Shown here one piece after another: positions 38,611 to 53,184 of a DNA stretch of 64,000 nucleotides. The stretch covers positions 9,796,001 to 9,860,000 of the forward strand of contig NC_086377.1 of the NCBI RefSeq assembly GCF_036588685.1, in the 5' to 3' direction. Numbering within the stretch: the first letter of the stretch is position 1; every line of letters starts with the position of its first letter. Both the position numbers and the translations under genes were made by a program. The stretch comes from Mytilus trossulus (Eukaryota). The notes under the pieces are model-generated. The model saw only the letters and a program-made list of their open reading frames with translations. It had not been told where the DNA came from and made no database searches.

Positions 38611-39530
38611 ATTGTGATAAGTTTACCAAAAAAGAATGCATGTACATCATATAGTGATTGGTGTGTGTGGTGTTTTTAAAAAATTGGAAAGTATAAAGCC
38701 AGTTAAAACATTTTTTTTTTTATATAAATGTTATAAGAAGCCAGGCGATATTTTGAATTCTGTTTTTTTTAAGAATAACATCAGATAGAGATGATTACAT
38801 ATATTACATAAGTCTCTCCAAAATTTGTGTATTGTGACTTATATTAGAACGTTCATATATTAAGCTTTAAATCCAATGAATATCTTATGTTTCATCGTTA
38901 AATGATTATTAATTTTTATTAAACTAGGGTCTATACATGTTTAGCTACCTTTTTCATATTTTGTTCTATACTATAATTAACCAGCCTAATGTAGACGTAT
39001 TTGGGGTTTACTGAAGTCGTTTATGACTTATTACAATCACTTGTTTGATGACACAGCTGGTTGTCCGTCCCCGACAATACCTTTCAACATTTTTAACTAG
39101 TATGACTCATTCAGTTCAATTTGTGTAATAATAAATCACAACAATTGAATATACATCCATAAAAAATGAGGTAACCCATCAAGAAAAGAGCTATCAAATA
39201 GATAAAAAAGCCAGATAGTCTTTCAGAGGTTATAATCAACATCACCTTTGTCAAGTTATTATAACAAATATAAACTGTTGCCTACACTTTTCCAAACAAT
39301 AAATAGCAATGTCCCTTATGACATTCGATACGAAAATGATCATATGTGACGTATTAATAATGTCTTCGCACGCAACCTGTTCGTCCTTACCATTCTCTAA
39401 AGCAAGTAGTGGTAGTAAAACAATAAAACTGTATTGGCAGCTGTACAGATCCCTATATGACATTATGTGAATCAATTAACGTAAAGTTTGATATGGATGT
39501 CCGAGCGACTTGTTTTATTTCTCATTGTAG

Positions 39531-39545
39531 ATGTTCATGTGGCGG
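39531..39545 (+). CDS. Copy 2, 15-nt micro-exon a: CSCG(G)
   Basis: tttctcattgtag|ATGTTCATGTGGCGG|gtaagtactgc. Confidence 0.75.
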
Positions 39546-40336
39546 GTAAGTACTGCAGATAAAACTTACAATCCATAGTTCTCTTCTATGACATGGCAGT
39601 TCATAGTATAAATTGGTTATACAACGACGTAGATATTAAATGTTCATTTAGTTTATTAATTAAATTAAATATGACATACGTATTTTGGTTGCTTTGTTTT
39701 ATTTTTCCATTTAGCATATGGTAGGCATTACATAATATAATTATGAGTATCTTCCTGTCACAAGTCAACAGCCTGTAATTCAGTGGTTGTTACAAATTTG
39801 TATTACGTTTTGAAAAAAAAATAGTTTTCTCTTTTGAATTGTTTGACATTTGTCATTTCCGGGCCTTTTTAGCTGATTATGCGGTATGGGCTTTGTTACT
39901 TGTTAAAGAACGTTATGTGACCTATAATTTTTCTGTCATTCGGTCTCTCTTGAAGAAACAAAATATAAAACATATTTCAGGAAATTCCAATAGAGAAAAA
40001 AAAATCTATATGTTCTATCCTCTATAGTATATGATATATGTATCATATTAATCTTTTAAATATCATCGTTTTATTGACCTATCAGTCATTGAGTATCATA
40101 GATCGAAATTAAATACGTTGTTGGTTCATGTGATAATAACGTCGTAAAGTATAGAGATGTGCGCACCATACATACTGTTAATTGTCTTAAAAAAGTTCGT
40201 AAATGAAATTTAACCATATGAACGAGAAAATGCACACTGATAGGTCCAATCTGTAGTAAAATCCGAAATATAGAAAAAATGTATGCAACAGTGTTGAAGA
40301 GATAGTTTTATATGATATAAACCGTTCTTATTTCAG

Positions 40337-40351
40337 ATGTGTTTGTGGAGG
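40337..40351 (+). CDS. Copy 2, 15-nt micro-exon b: CVCG(G)
   Basis: ttcttatttcag|ATGTGTTTGTGGAGG|gtgagt; paralogue of exon a. Confidence 0.7.
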
Positions 40352-40789
40352 GTGAGTATAAAAACGAAAACACATAAATGTTTCACCTTGCATGGCTTGG
40401 AAATCTAAACAATGAATTTGCAATGAAAATAAGTATATGTCTTCTTTTATATAACTTTGTATCAGTTTTAACGAGGTATAAAATAAGTATTTCTAATTTC
40501 CATAGCATAGTTAACATAAATACGAAAACAAATGACATGAATAAACAGGCAATGACGTGTTTGTATTTATCTATAAAAAACTCGCTATATAAAAATATAA
40601 CGTATGACTTCACTTACATGTATTAAGTCCTTACATAAAACAACATTACTTTATTTAAGTGTTATGGGTGTCTTCTACATAAGTTTATTACTTGCAATGC
40701 GTTTCAAGGAGGATGAACAATTTATATTCAGCAGGCAGATATCGCATATGTATAACAACACTTATAAACTTGATATATTACTTTTGTAG

Positions 40790-40814
40790 ATCGATGTACT
40801 TCATCAGTCAGTAA
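40790..40814 (+). CDS. Copy 2, terminal coding exon: SMYFISQ*
   Basis: ttacttttgtag|ATCGATG...CAGTAA; homologous to 23256-23277. Confidence 0.7.
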
Positions 40815-41779
40815 AGAGACAGCCAGTGACAAACATTTGACAGATACTGAAAGGGCAGAAAACACTTCCTTCTGATGCTACAGTTGCAAACAATCTTAAA
40901 ATACTGTTCCTTGTATTATTTGTATGTTAGTTTTGATTTTGAAAGTTGTGTGATTCTTGCAACATAAAAAGTTTACCATAATGTTGGTTTTTTTAACTTA
41001 AAAAGAATGATGTCTAACTTGTAGCATTACACAATCATTCACCGTTTGCTATTCTTATAGAAATGATAACAAATTAAAACACTTTTTTCATGTCTTAGGA
41101 TTATATAAGTTTCGAATTAGTTAATTAGACTTTGTTATTTTTAATGTTGTTATTTGTTTCTGCATCATGAATTAAACTTTGCTACTAGTGTTACGAGAAT
41201 GATTTTTTATCGGTTTTGCCATGATGTTCGAAAAGAAAAAAAAACATACATCAAACATTTGTATACGTCTTGTGGGGAAATTTTGTGTAATGGACTGCAG
41301 CTAGATAATTCTGAGCAACCATGTAATGTTATTTTCACAATTGCTGTGAAGCCACTTTCTGTTTACCGAAAGTTCGAAATGTTATAACTCTCACTGTAAA
41401 AGAAAGAAATTATACAGTATTCATTTAACCTAGATCAATTGTATGCTGCGACGAAGGTCGATTCGGATATTGATGTTCCTCTTACTACGAAGGAAAATAG
41501 TCTCACTTAAAAGTTAAAGCATGTGCATTGGTCGTACTTTATGTATCTACTGATATAGAATGATAACTAAATGTGTTTTCAGCTTTTATATGACTCTCCA
41601 GGTGAAATCCAGATGATTTGATTACTTGCTCTCAACCAGTTTCCACAATCACGTCACAACAATATATTGGAAACAAGCGATCTTACCAAGATAGCCCATA
41701 TACCCTCCCAGCGACACTTTAACAGAAAACATGACAACTAAGAAGCGGTAACTTGATTGGAGATCTTACTGACATAAAA

Positions 41780-42220
41780 CATTTAAAAAAGGCTGCTTCA
41801 ATAGTTTACGTAAGTCTGTAACTGACAGCGTCCTTGAAGCCCTCGGTAGTCCAAAGGTATTAAATACTATTATACCCATCTTGTCTAAACAAATCAGCGC
41901 TACATTAGAGCTTATAATAAAAGCAGAAGTTAAAAATGTGTTGCCGAAGAAATGCAACCAATATTTCAAAAAAATAGAAAGTCAGTCTAGTATAGTTGAA
42001 ACACAAAAGCAACGCACCACCCACGACATGATCCCATCAAACAAAGAACGTGAACAAGAAATCAACTTAATCTACGATAGGATCGATAAACATGAAACAG
42101 GCTTGAAATTCAGGAGCAGTATTCCAGAAGGACAAGCCTGTGTATCAACAATATTCCTATTCCAGCAGACATAGACAAATAATTTTATAATCGTTCAGCC
42201 AGTCGATACTGATAGCATCA
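41780..42220 (+). mobile_element. LINE ORF1-like remnant (CR1/L2-type)
   Basis: Coiled-coil-like ORF 41881..42174 followed by a frameshifted QEQYSRRTSLCINNIP motif. Confidence 0.5.
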
Positions 42221-43677
42221 TTCTAGATATATACAAAAAAAGGCTTTGAAAGGTGGTCCTAATGGTACTTTCTTCATAGAAAACCTAAAACATGTTAGGA
42301 TAAACCTCCAAAGTACAACAACAAAAAATGCAATGCCTGTTGGACTACAGACGGTCCAATCTTTGTTAAAATGAATGTTAACTGTCAAACGCGCATTATA
42401 ATTGAAATTAGTGATCTTGATTATGGATATTCAACAATCTGAAGAACGCACGAACATTGATAATTCTGAGGTAATGAAAGGTACAAGGTTTCCCCATATT
42501 TCAGAATAAAATATGTTAAAAGACTAATTTCTAATTCTACTAGAATTGTTTAACTTTCTGGGATTGTGTGGTGAACAAAAAATTTAAAAAAAAGTATTTA
42601 TAGATTGTTTCCTTCCCATACCAGAACTCATAATGTATAAAAAATCCGTAATTTTTTTTATTAAAGACAGTGATCATATTAAATAAATATGTGTTTATTC
42701 AACCACACGACTTCATAATACAATTAAATTAAAGCTTCGTTTTTTAATGGTTTCTTTTGTATTCTTATATCTAAAAAGAACTGAGATAAGTTTCATTAAA
42801 AGTTTCATTTAAAAAAACAACAGTAGTTAGTACTGTTAGTTTAAAAGCACTCATTACAACTTACTGTATTTTTATGTTTTCGACAACTATCTGTTGTGTG
42901 TGGGTTGTTTTCGTAAATTTATTGAGCAATTTTTCTCGCTCCAATCTTTACTTTCGTTTTTATATTTATTTTTTGGTGAGGGAAAAAATAATCAAAAGAG
43001 TCACCAAAAACATAGTCCTAGTTGTTACCTTTTACATCCCTTCTTTTGTATGTCATCACTGTATTTCGTGTTAACAATTGTATTTGATTTTTTTGTTTAT
43101 TTGTTTATTATGCGTATAAGGTGTATCTTACTATCTGAACATTTGGTAATTGTATTGCGTTGGCTCCACAGAAATCTACATGGATTATTTGTTTAGACGT
43201 TTTGTGAAATGTTTTAAAAAAGATTACAAAGTCTATACTTTTGTTACTGAACATGTAACAGAAGTGATAAGTATCGTATTTGAACCACATCAAGTGAACA
43301 TTCTCAATTGCCGTACATTCTTTTTTCTATGAGTTCATACTCTGACTAGTCTGATAACCACACGTGTCATCGACAGATAATTGTGGTTAAACTCGAGTAA
43401 TTTGCTATTTTAAAAACGTTATACCTTGCCTCGACATTGTCGAATTAATTCACTCAGACAAAATCTAACTGAACTCCGTACAGTTGACCTCCTTTAGCAA
43501 AGATAATATTATTATTTAAAAATAATGTCTGCTGTTGTTTTTTCAATGGTCGGGTTGTTGCCTCTTTGACACATTCCCCATTTCCATTCTCAATTTTACA
43601 TTCAATATAAATATTTCGAAAAAACAAAAAAATTAAATTTTAATACGTTGAGGAAAAGGGTTATCCAATATGTCATT

Positions 43678-43880
43678 TACTGTGGACTCATTTATTTTCT
43701 AGGTACCAATTTTCGTGGATTGCGGAAAACTTGCATATTCGTGGATATTAAAATTCGTTTTGTGAGAAAAGTTTGCAAACATTCCTATTGAAATTTTGTA
43801 TTTCGTTAAACACTTAAATTCGTGGTTCTCCTGTTCCCACGAAATCCACGAAAATTGGTATCCAACGAATATTAATGTAT
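43678..43880. mobile_element. Tc1/mariner-type MITE remnant
   Basis: TACTGT start with internal inverted repeat taccaattttcgtggatt / aatccacgaaaattggta. Confidence 0.55.
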
Positions 43881-46865
43881 TAGTCTTTCAATCTTAACAA
43901 TTCAATGTTCCATAATTAGATGAGCCTTACGATATGACTTTTTGAGTTGCATTTTTGCTTGTTTGTAAATTGTAAATTGTATGTTTATGGTCTAACCTAT
44001 TGTGTATAATATCAAACTTTGTTATCTAATGTTTATATCCTGTCTTTATCATTTTACGCTAATAGAATTTCATGAAGTTTGTGATAAAACACAAATAATG
44101 ATAACAAAAAAAACCAATGATAATATATCTGGTTATTGTCTTGTACAACCTGGATACAAAACCTGCTTACAGACATGTATATTAATCACTGGTTGATATT
44201 CGTATCATTGGTTATCATACTTTATTATCTTAGTATCAACTACAGTTTCGATTACTTTTTATTTATTTATTTACATTTTTTTTTTTTTTTTTAATATAAT
44301 ACATAATTTCTTCAGTATTTAAAAATCCCTAGGCCTGTTTCACTATTTGTTCATGACTTCCATATAAATATAGGCAACAGTAGTATACCGCTGTTCGAAA
44401 CTCATCAATCGATTAAGAAAAAAAAACAATTCCGGGTTACAAACTAAAACTGAGGGAAATGCATCAAATATAAGAGAAGAATAACGACACAACAGAAACA
44501 CATCACTAAAATGTAACAAACACAGAAATGAACTATAATTTAACAATCATGGCAATTTTCCTGCTCGGTTCGGGACATTCCAAGAAAAAGGTTTTTAAAA
44601 AAGTTTGTTGAACCTGGTTTTGTGGCATACCAAACCTCCCGCTCGTATGGCAATGTTAAATATAACATTAAAATGACAACACCACATGACTACAATACAA
44701 ATGAATAGCCATATATGAGGAGCTTATTTTTTGGCCTTTTATAATTTTCAATTTTTCTTGTACTTATTTTTCTGTATTTTTCTGTGATGATGATGAAATA
44801 TATATGCGTCAGTTTGGTAATGTTTCCCTTCAGCAGCCCTCTCTTTAGTCTTGTAACTGTTTATTCATGTAAAGGATAACCATGTTCAAGATAACAGGGG
44901 TGCTATAGGTATATTTAATCACGGTAAAACACTGTGGACCTTCATCCTATATAGTAAATGCTTCTTATTTAGACATATTTTTAATCAACTAACGCTGCAG
45001 TCTCCTCATCTTCAATCTCTGTAAAAAAGAAGATAAGGTATGATTGCTAATGAAATAACTCGTCACAAGAGATCAAAATGACACAGTAATTAATAACTAT
45101 AGGTCACCGTACGGCCTTCAAAAATGAGCAAAACCCATATCGCATAGTCAGCCATAAAAGGTCCAGAAATGACAATGTAAACAATTCAAACGAGAAAACT
45201 AACAGCCTTATTGATATAATAAATGAACGAAAAACAAATATGTAACACATAAACAGACGACAACCACTGAAATAGAGGCTCCTGACTTGGGACAGGCACA
45301 TATATACATAGTATGGCGGGTTTAAGCATGTTTGCGGTATAAATCAGGAAAAAAAATGAATAAAAACGTTTGTTATCGTTAAAAAAAAAACAAAAAAAAA
45401 AACATGCGAGCGGGATCGCAACCCGCCTCTAACCTGGAACAGTGATTTAACAGTACATCATCAAAACGAGTCATACAAATAAGTTGAAAAGGCTCAACTC
45501 ATCAGATGGAAAAAATACACGTGGACATGCTCTCTGTTTTACGAACTATTAATCCAAGATCAGACAATATTTCCGTTATACGTACTTCATTTTATCCTTA
45601 TTATTGGAAAAGTTGAAACAAAACCGGGAACAAATTTTCCTAATGAGTCGAACGTACCGACAGTGAACGAAACACAACCACTAGAAAATTGTGTATATCC
45701 ATTTGAAGTCTCAACATAAGAACCGTGAGGAAAAGCTTATTAGGATGACAACCCATAATATATATATATCCGCGAATGAAATTATTTATACGGTAATAGA
45801 TGCAAACGCTCACTGAAATATAAATGTAATGTGTGACCTGACATGTTCGATATATATCTGAAAGTTAGAAACAAACGCTACATTTCGTTGGCTTTGGAAC
45901 AAGCCTTATTTCTCATTTGTTTGAATACTAATGATATGTGCATTGAGTTAAAATTCAACATCTTCTTCCAGGTTTAAAAGGTAAACGTTTTATTTGCATT
46001 TTCTAGTATTTAAGAAAAATAATCAGTATTGTCCGTCTATCATTTGTTTAACAGTGTGTTTACAACTTGGTCACCTGGTATGTCAATGGAAAGTAAATAC
46101 CAGAAAGGAATATTTGGGATAAGTTTCGTCTTAGCGGATTCGTAATCTCTAAATAATTATTCCAAACTAGATACACTAATATAAATCAGTTAGATAGAGT
46201 ACTCAGCTGAAGTCAGTATATTTTTATTGTTTTATTATCTAGCAATCTTAATTAATTTAACTAACATCATATCGGATATATTGATCATATAAATATTGCA
46301 TGGGTAGTTTATCTGTGAACTAATCGAGGTTTCTGTCACTAGTCTGATTAAACACGCACCATTGTGACATATAAATGGTTTAATTAAATACAAACATCTT
46401 TTATTTGACTGCAGTATGTTTGACAAACAACTGTTGTTAAATTTGACACAGGTTGATATTTACTTATCAACTCTTAAAGATTCTTCATAATAGATCTATA
46501 TAATATTAAATAAGTATGCCGTTCCTAATATATCTAGCTAGTTCATATATTTATCAAATTGTCACACTTATTGGCAAAATTTATTTTCGCGATTGAGGTT
46601 CGTCCGCTAAAATAAGCGAAATCGAAAAGCACAATGACCCTGAGATAACAAATATTACAGAATGGTTAAGATCTACCTCATTGCTTGATTTTGTCCTTCA
46701 TATTGCTACTAGTGGACGACTTATAACTGCATTAAATGAAATATTTGGCGATTAGTGTACGTATGTTTCAAGTCCTTTGCGACATGGTTGCATGGTCATT
46801 TATCTTGGAATTCAAAAATAGTCTTATAAACTGTAAATTTACCTTCTATGTTCTATTTGCGACAT

Positions 46866-47005
46866 TTTATACGTAATGTAGATTTAGGTCGTGATGCATT
46901 TTAAACGGATTAGCATATTTGAGTTCGTGTGTTTATACGTAATGTAGATTTAGGTCGTGATGCATTTTAAACGGAATAGCATATTTGAGTTCGTGTGTTT
47001 ATACG
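46866..47005. repeat. ~66-bp tandem duplication
   Basis: tttatacgtaatgtagatttagg...gagttcgtgtg twice. Confidence 0.85.
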
Positions 47006-48078
47006 AGTTTTTTTTATTGTTGCCTTAAATAAATATTGAGTGTTCATCGATAATGAAATATTAAATTTACAATGTTAACAAAAAAATTGTTGTTGAATAA
47101 ATAAAAGAAAACATTTTGTTTTTATTTATTTGTAAAGATAAAATAAAAAGTGTATACATTATTATTTAGTATCTCATATCCTCACATTGCCTTTTGAAAC
47201 ATTTGCACGAGGTAGCTGCAACATTTTAAAGCTATAACTGTTGTTCTGGAACTTCTGCAGTAAGCCTTGCTCATAATAGCCTTTGTCTCTTTCCATGGTC
47301 ATTTTTATATCACATTGTCATACGTAAACCCTGAACCACTGTGTAATTACATTTCATGCGTTTTGTTATAAAATATCACTTTCTGGCATGTATTTTCTAG
47401 TATCAAGTTATCCAGTTGTAAACAACTAATAAAAGGAAGTACTCTTTCTTGTCTTAAATAATAGAAAAATGAAAATAAAACATTTACCCTTAAAACATGG
47501 AAGAAGATGTTGAATTTAACGCAATGCAGCTGGGGATTGTGTAACGTTAATTTCTATTTTTCAAATATATCGATCATGTCCTGTAACTCATCAGTGAACC
47601 TTTGCATCTCTAACCGTGCAGCTAATTCCACTCGCTGTTGTGTTTTATTACAAATGATACGGTATATTTTGGATTAGTTTCGTGAAGCGGATTAATAGTC
47701 TCTAATTAATTAGTACAACTTAGATAAATTAATATAGATGACGTACATAGCTGTAGACAGTATATATTTAATTCGATAATATCTAGCAATCTTAACTAAT
47801 TTAAATAACTTCACATCGGATTTATTGATCAAATTATTATTGTATACATAGTTTATCTGTGGACTAATCAGGGTTTCTGTCACTAATTTAAAGCAACACG
47901 CACCATTGTGACATTTCATAAAATACATCATTTGTTTGAGTAGTATGGTTGACAAACAACTCTAGTTAAATTTGACACTGTTTAATATTTGCTTACAAAG
48001 CCTTACAGATGCTTCATAATAGATAAAGATACTATTAAATAAATAAGTTATTCCCAACATCTCTAGCTATTTCACATA

Positions 48079-50349
48079 CAGCCCGTAACAGAGAAGTGAT
48101 CGAATTGGTGTTTCTTTACCGTCAAAATTAGCTACGTTATCGACAAACTTAATTGAGTAGTGACCGAACTTTTGGTAATTTAACGTTAAAAAGATTGACA
48201 ATGCTGACAAACTTTCATATGTCGATAATCAAGTTTAATACCGATAATATTGAAAATATTTCTAATAATATGAAACAAAATATTTCCATGCATCATTTCG
48301 ATTGGGCGAAAAGTAGTCATTTCTTTAAAGTCAGAACAGAAAAAAACAGGTTTATGGAAGGACGTCTTGATAGTATTATTTCCTTTACAATTCTACCAAA
48401 AACTTAAAGAAATATACTGGTAAACAATTAAAAAGGTGTTTGATAGGAATGATGTCCTTTATTATGTGTGATGGATTTGAATTCAATCAATAACTTTGAA
48501 ATGTTTTCTCATATGTATACACAAAAGGGAGGACTGGTATTTGTACTTCTGTTAGAATATGTCTTCGTCCGTTTCACAGGCCAAACTTGTTTCTAGTACA
48601 GTTTAAACGGGAAAATTTTGTTGAGAATTTTTTTAATATGACAAAATAACTAGTAAAACTATTTCTTGCAATGGCACACACAGAGAATATTTTTTAGTAA
48701 AATAATTTCTCAAATATATACCATGATCAAAACCTAACAGTTTTTATCAGTGTAAAAATAAAATTCGTCCTCAAAACTGCGCTTGCTGTCATTTTAATGG
48801 ATCATGCAACATTTCACCTATTACCAATAAACAACATAGGTTCTCAATTACTAAAAAAAGTTATATAAGATAGTTTCAAATCAGAGCAAGCATATTAACT
48901 TCCTTATGTACAGTCAAATTTGTCTATAGGTTACACAAAGCATGTTCTTGAAACGTTTGTATCAGGGAAAACATTTTTCTTTGACCTTAAAAACGGATTT
49001 CCTAACCGTTCACTTATAATATTCCGTATTTCTGATTTTTTGTTCAATAACGTAAATTATACGACTTTTTTTATGACTACGTGAACTTGTTCCATTTATT
49101 TTTGCTGGTCTTTAGGCAGACAATTTACAATTTATAGTGAACGGAGGCACTTATACATAACCTTATAATTCTGTCTGGAAACAAAAATAAATTCCCAATA
49201 TATAAATATACATGTATGAATATACATGTATTATATGCCGTGTACATGGATTGATTTTGTAGATATAACTACCGCAAAGAAAAAGTATCATGGATTTCCA
49301 GGCTTTCATATTCAAGGTTTTGAATTCTACCCTTGTTGAATACCTGTGGAGGTCTCTACAGATCCTTTAAACAACAATTTTTTTTTGTAAATTAAGTGCC
49401 GTCTCCCTGAAAATGCTAACATTTAAGTCATATCTTTTCATTTTCATATTTGTTTCCCTGTTTGTCTCTGTTGTCTTGATTGTTGGAACGATTAGTGGTA
49501 TCTAACAATTATTTACGAAACCTTTCTGAGAATTATGAATATTTCTTCTCTGTCAGATATGGATTATTACCAATGATAAAATGAAATGCCGTACATCACA
49601 TCTTATAGAGGTTTAAATTTCAAATATTCGTCAATAACTTAAGATGAAGGGCAATTTTCAAATGTTAAAGGGTACATTTGTATTTTTTGCTTCGATATGA
49701 AAGAAATTTATTTCAGTTTTTTTCTGTGACAAAGTACAAGCATAACCGTACGATTACCTATTATTGTTAATGTTTGTGTCATTTGGGTCTTTTTGTGGAT
49801 AGTTTTCTCCTTGGCAATAATACCACATCTTCTTTTTTATATTTTGGTATTGCAACAATGTATGATTGACATAATCCCAGGGACATAATTAATAGATAGG
49901 TATGAAAAAGAAAAGATATGGGGTATTCTGTATCAGACGAAAGAAAAACTATTACCGTGTTGAATCCCATAAATATTCACAGTGCAAGCAGTGTATAATA
50001 AGTAGTCGGTGATTTCTAAAATTAACTGAACCTTGATAAATAATTCTTTATACTAGTAACAACTTTCAAAGAAACAATGTATAAACTACAGCATGTACAG
50101 TGCAATTCGTTCTTGTTGTATGTAAACGTAAGCTATATTTGCCTTTTCATGGAAACGAAAGTAAAGAGATTATAGACGATATAAAGAAGAAAACTTCGAC
50201 CTAAACAATGAAAACTTACACATTGGACATGAAATATTTAGTCGATGAAGAAAATTAAATTATGTCACTTCTGAAATAAGTTTGTCGATAACGTAACTTA
50301 TTCTGACGGTGAAGAAACGCGAATTCGATCACTTCTCTGTTACGGGCTG
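48079..50349. mobile_element. 2.27-kb non-autonomous TIR element with TA target duplication (Tc1/mariner-type)
   Basis: Perfect 28-bp TIR CAGCCCGTAACAGAGAAGTGATCGAATT, TA on each side; empty site visible in the paralogous segment at ~46545. Confidence 0.88.
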
Positions 50350-51420
50350 TATTTATCAAAATGTCATACTTATTGGCAAAATGTATTTTGGCGATTAAGG
50401 TTCGTCCGCCTAGATAAGCGACACCAAATAGCACCATGAATCTGAGATTGCGAATATTACTGAATGTTTAGGATCTGATACAAATTCTTATGTTGTACTG
50501 TTATACCACTTTCCCAGGTGAGGGGGATGGTTAGGATCCCGCTTACATGTTAAACCTCGACACATTATTTATGTTTGTGCCTGTCCCAGGTCAGGAGCGT
50601 GTAATTCAGTGGTTGTCGTTTGTTTATGTGTTACATATTTTTGTTTTCTCATTTTTTTTACATAAATAAGGCCGTCAGTTTTCTCGTTTGAATTATTTTA
50701 CATTGTGTTATCGGGGCCTTTTATAGCTGACTATGCGGTATGGGCCTTGCTCATTGTTGAAGGCCGTACGGTGACCTATAATTGTAATTGTCTGTGTCAT
50801 TTTGGTATTTTATTTATAGTTGTCTAATTGGCAATCATACCTCATCTTCTTTTTTATACTTACCGATATACAATTTTCTCAAAAATATATGCCAATGTAT
50901 ACGTTAATAATTCTTTTTTGAATGCTTGATTGATTTGTAAAATGCTTTATGCCGCATATGCACAAATAGGCTATAACGTGGCGAGAGCTTATTCCAAATT
51001 TTTTATTATAATTTAATGTTTATTTTAAAAATAGGACAGAAGGTCCTTCAATAAACTATATTTGAAGTCCAAAGCAAATTGTTTATTTACAAATAAAATT
51101 CAACACTCAGATGTTCACATAATAGTTTGTTACTTTATCTGTTATGTCTAACAATGCGTTGTCATATATCGTTATAACACACACCAGTCAATAACTCAAG
51201 TCAAACAATATTAGTATCTATAAATCAGAACATTGATCAATAATACAATAGGCATTTAAATGATTATTGTATGTAAATGTTAATTCCATATCCAAACTAT
51301 TATTAAGTTTGATGTTTTACAGCGTTAAATTTAAATACAAAGCGTACACATATATTCGTCATTGATTTATTTAGATAGTAGTGTTGACAATTGGTTCCTG
51401 TGTATTATACATCGAAGACG

Positions 51421-52199
51421 ATGAGTAGCAACAAGGCACAGGCAGCATCTAAAACATGTGAGATATGTGTTAGTGCCTCTGGATCTCATTACTGTTTAGA
51501 GTGTGAACAGTACTTTTGTGACAATTGTAAAGGCTTTCATAAACGGCAGAGCGTGACAAAGAACCACCAGTTTCAGTCTTCCTCTGATGTTATACCGGAA
51601 GTTAAATCGAAATGTAAAGACCACAATGAAGACGTAAGCTTTGTATGTAATACCTGTAATACAGCAGTATGCAGCAGTTGTGTCACCGGCAGTCACTTAG
51701 GGCATGCCTTTTCCAAACTTCTAGACAGCATATCACAGCTGAAGGAGACGAATACAACAGACCTGCGTAGTAAGGTACATGAGACAACCCAAAACATGAA
51801 GCAGATAGAAAAAGGTATAAAGGCATTTGATGTGAAGGTGGAAGGAATAGTCAAAGCTATTACAGAAGAAGGTACAAAGATAAAGACCATGGTTGATAAA
51901 TGTATCTCAGAGAAGATTGCATCGGTCAAGGATTACTCCAGGAAGGAAAGGGACAAACTAACAAAGCTATTGGAAGATACTCAAATGGATTTGAAGGCAG
52001 GACGGGACTTAGACAAGAAAATGAATGAACTCAACAAGACACGAAACGATGGAAAATTGTTACAGTCTTTACAGAAGCTTACAGATGACATCGCAAAGCT
52101 GACGGTAAAGCCTATACCTGAATTTCCTAACATACATTATACTGCTAAGTCTGCAACAGATAACGACGTTAAACAGCTGTTTGGTAACTACATAATCAG
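51421..52199 (+). CDS. Copy 3, exon 1: B-box1/B-box2/coiled coil (intact, no downstream exons of its own)
   Basis: Open frame MSSNKAQAASKTCEIC...; donor ATCAG|GTAATT; if unspliced it stops at 52203. Confidence 0.85.
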
Positions 52200-52257
52200 G
52201 TAATTCTACTAAAAATAACTGAGCATTTTATAGTCGTAATTCATTTTTTAATATAAC

Positions 52258-52336
52258 TGTTCCGGACCATATGAGTATTTGGACCATACGCGTATGGTCA
52301 TGACCATATGGGTATATACTCATATTGTCCGGAACA
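52258..52336. mobile_element. 79-bp Ginger-like mini-element
   Basis: TGTTCCGGA...TCCGGAACA with 4-bp TAAC duplication; empty site in copies 1, 2 and 4. Confidence 0.8.
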
Positions 52337-52354
52337 TAACCATAGTATCTTTAA

Positions 52355-53038
52355 AGGAGCACTAGCTACGATATATATAAAAAAATTAAGTATATATTTT
52401 TTTAGATTAATCATTAATTAAGTTGGAATAATGAAATAATAATTTGCTTTTAGCAATCAATTTTCTTTAATTTTGTTGAAATAAGCGTTTATACATAATT
52501 TTTGACTGATTTACTTGCAAGTGAAAACGTCATCATCATTCTAACCGGTATTCATGTGAACTTAACTTAACCCCCTAGCTAGAGACTGACAACGCATGCA
52601 TTGTACGTGAACTGGTTATTAAAAGAAAAAAAATGTCAACAATGAAAGTGAAACTACGGTAAATCATTTGATTACTAATTCGATCCACATTAATTATTTC
52701 TTATACGGTTAAAAACAATGAGTAACTTATATTTTTAATCTATAAATTCAAATCAAACAGACCTATAAAAATCCAATTGCACGTGCTGGTTTAACCTATT
52801 CATATCTTTATTTGTGTTTACATCGCTTATATGGTCATCTGAGGTCAAATCGATAGTTAATTAGATGGCGTCTGGATTTAAATACACACGAAACGAACCT
52901 ACATTTCATCTACCCCATGCTCTGTAAACTGTTTATTTTAAACGTTTGATAGATTGGATAAATGTTTTACATTGTTATTAATCAAATATGAGAATTTGAG
53001 TCAAATTGGTGACCATGAATTTGACAGCTAGTGCCCCT
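52355..53038. mobile_element. Kolobok-like non-autonomous element
   Basis: TIR AGGAGCACTAGCT / AGCTAGTGCCCCT, TTAA on both sides; absent from the other three paralogues. Confidence 0.8.
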
Positions 53039-53184
53039 TTAAGAGACACGTATTTTTGCAAAATCATACTTGTGTTTTTTTCTTAAAGTATCAACCTACG
53101 TTTGGATATAATATGACAAACAAAAGAGAGACAATTCATGAAATACAACTATGTGGTCATTACAAATGTATTGTTTAGTATTAT

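Noticed and set aside
45972-45980. 9-nt micro-exon candidate GTTTAAAAG
   Set aside because: Downstream of the copy 2 stop, weak donor, and the AG is absent in the inverted duplicate
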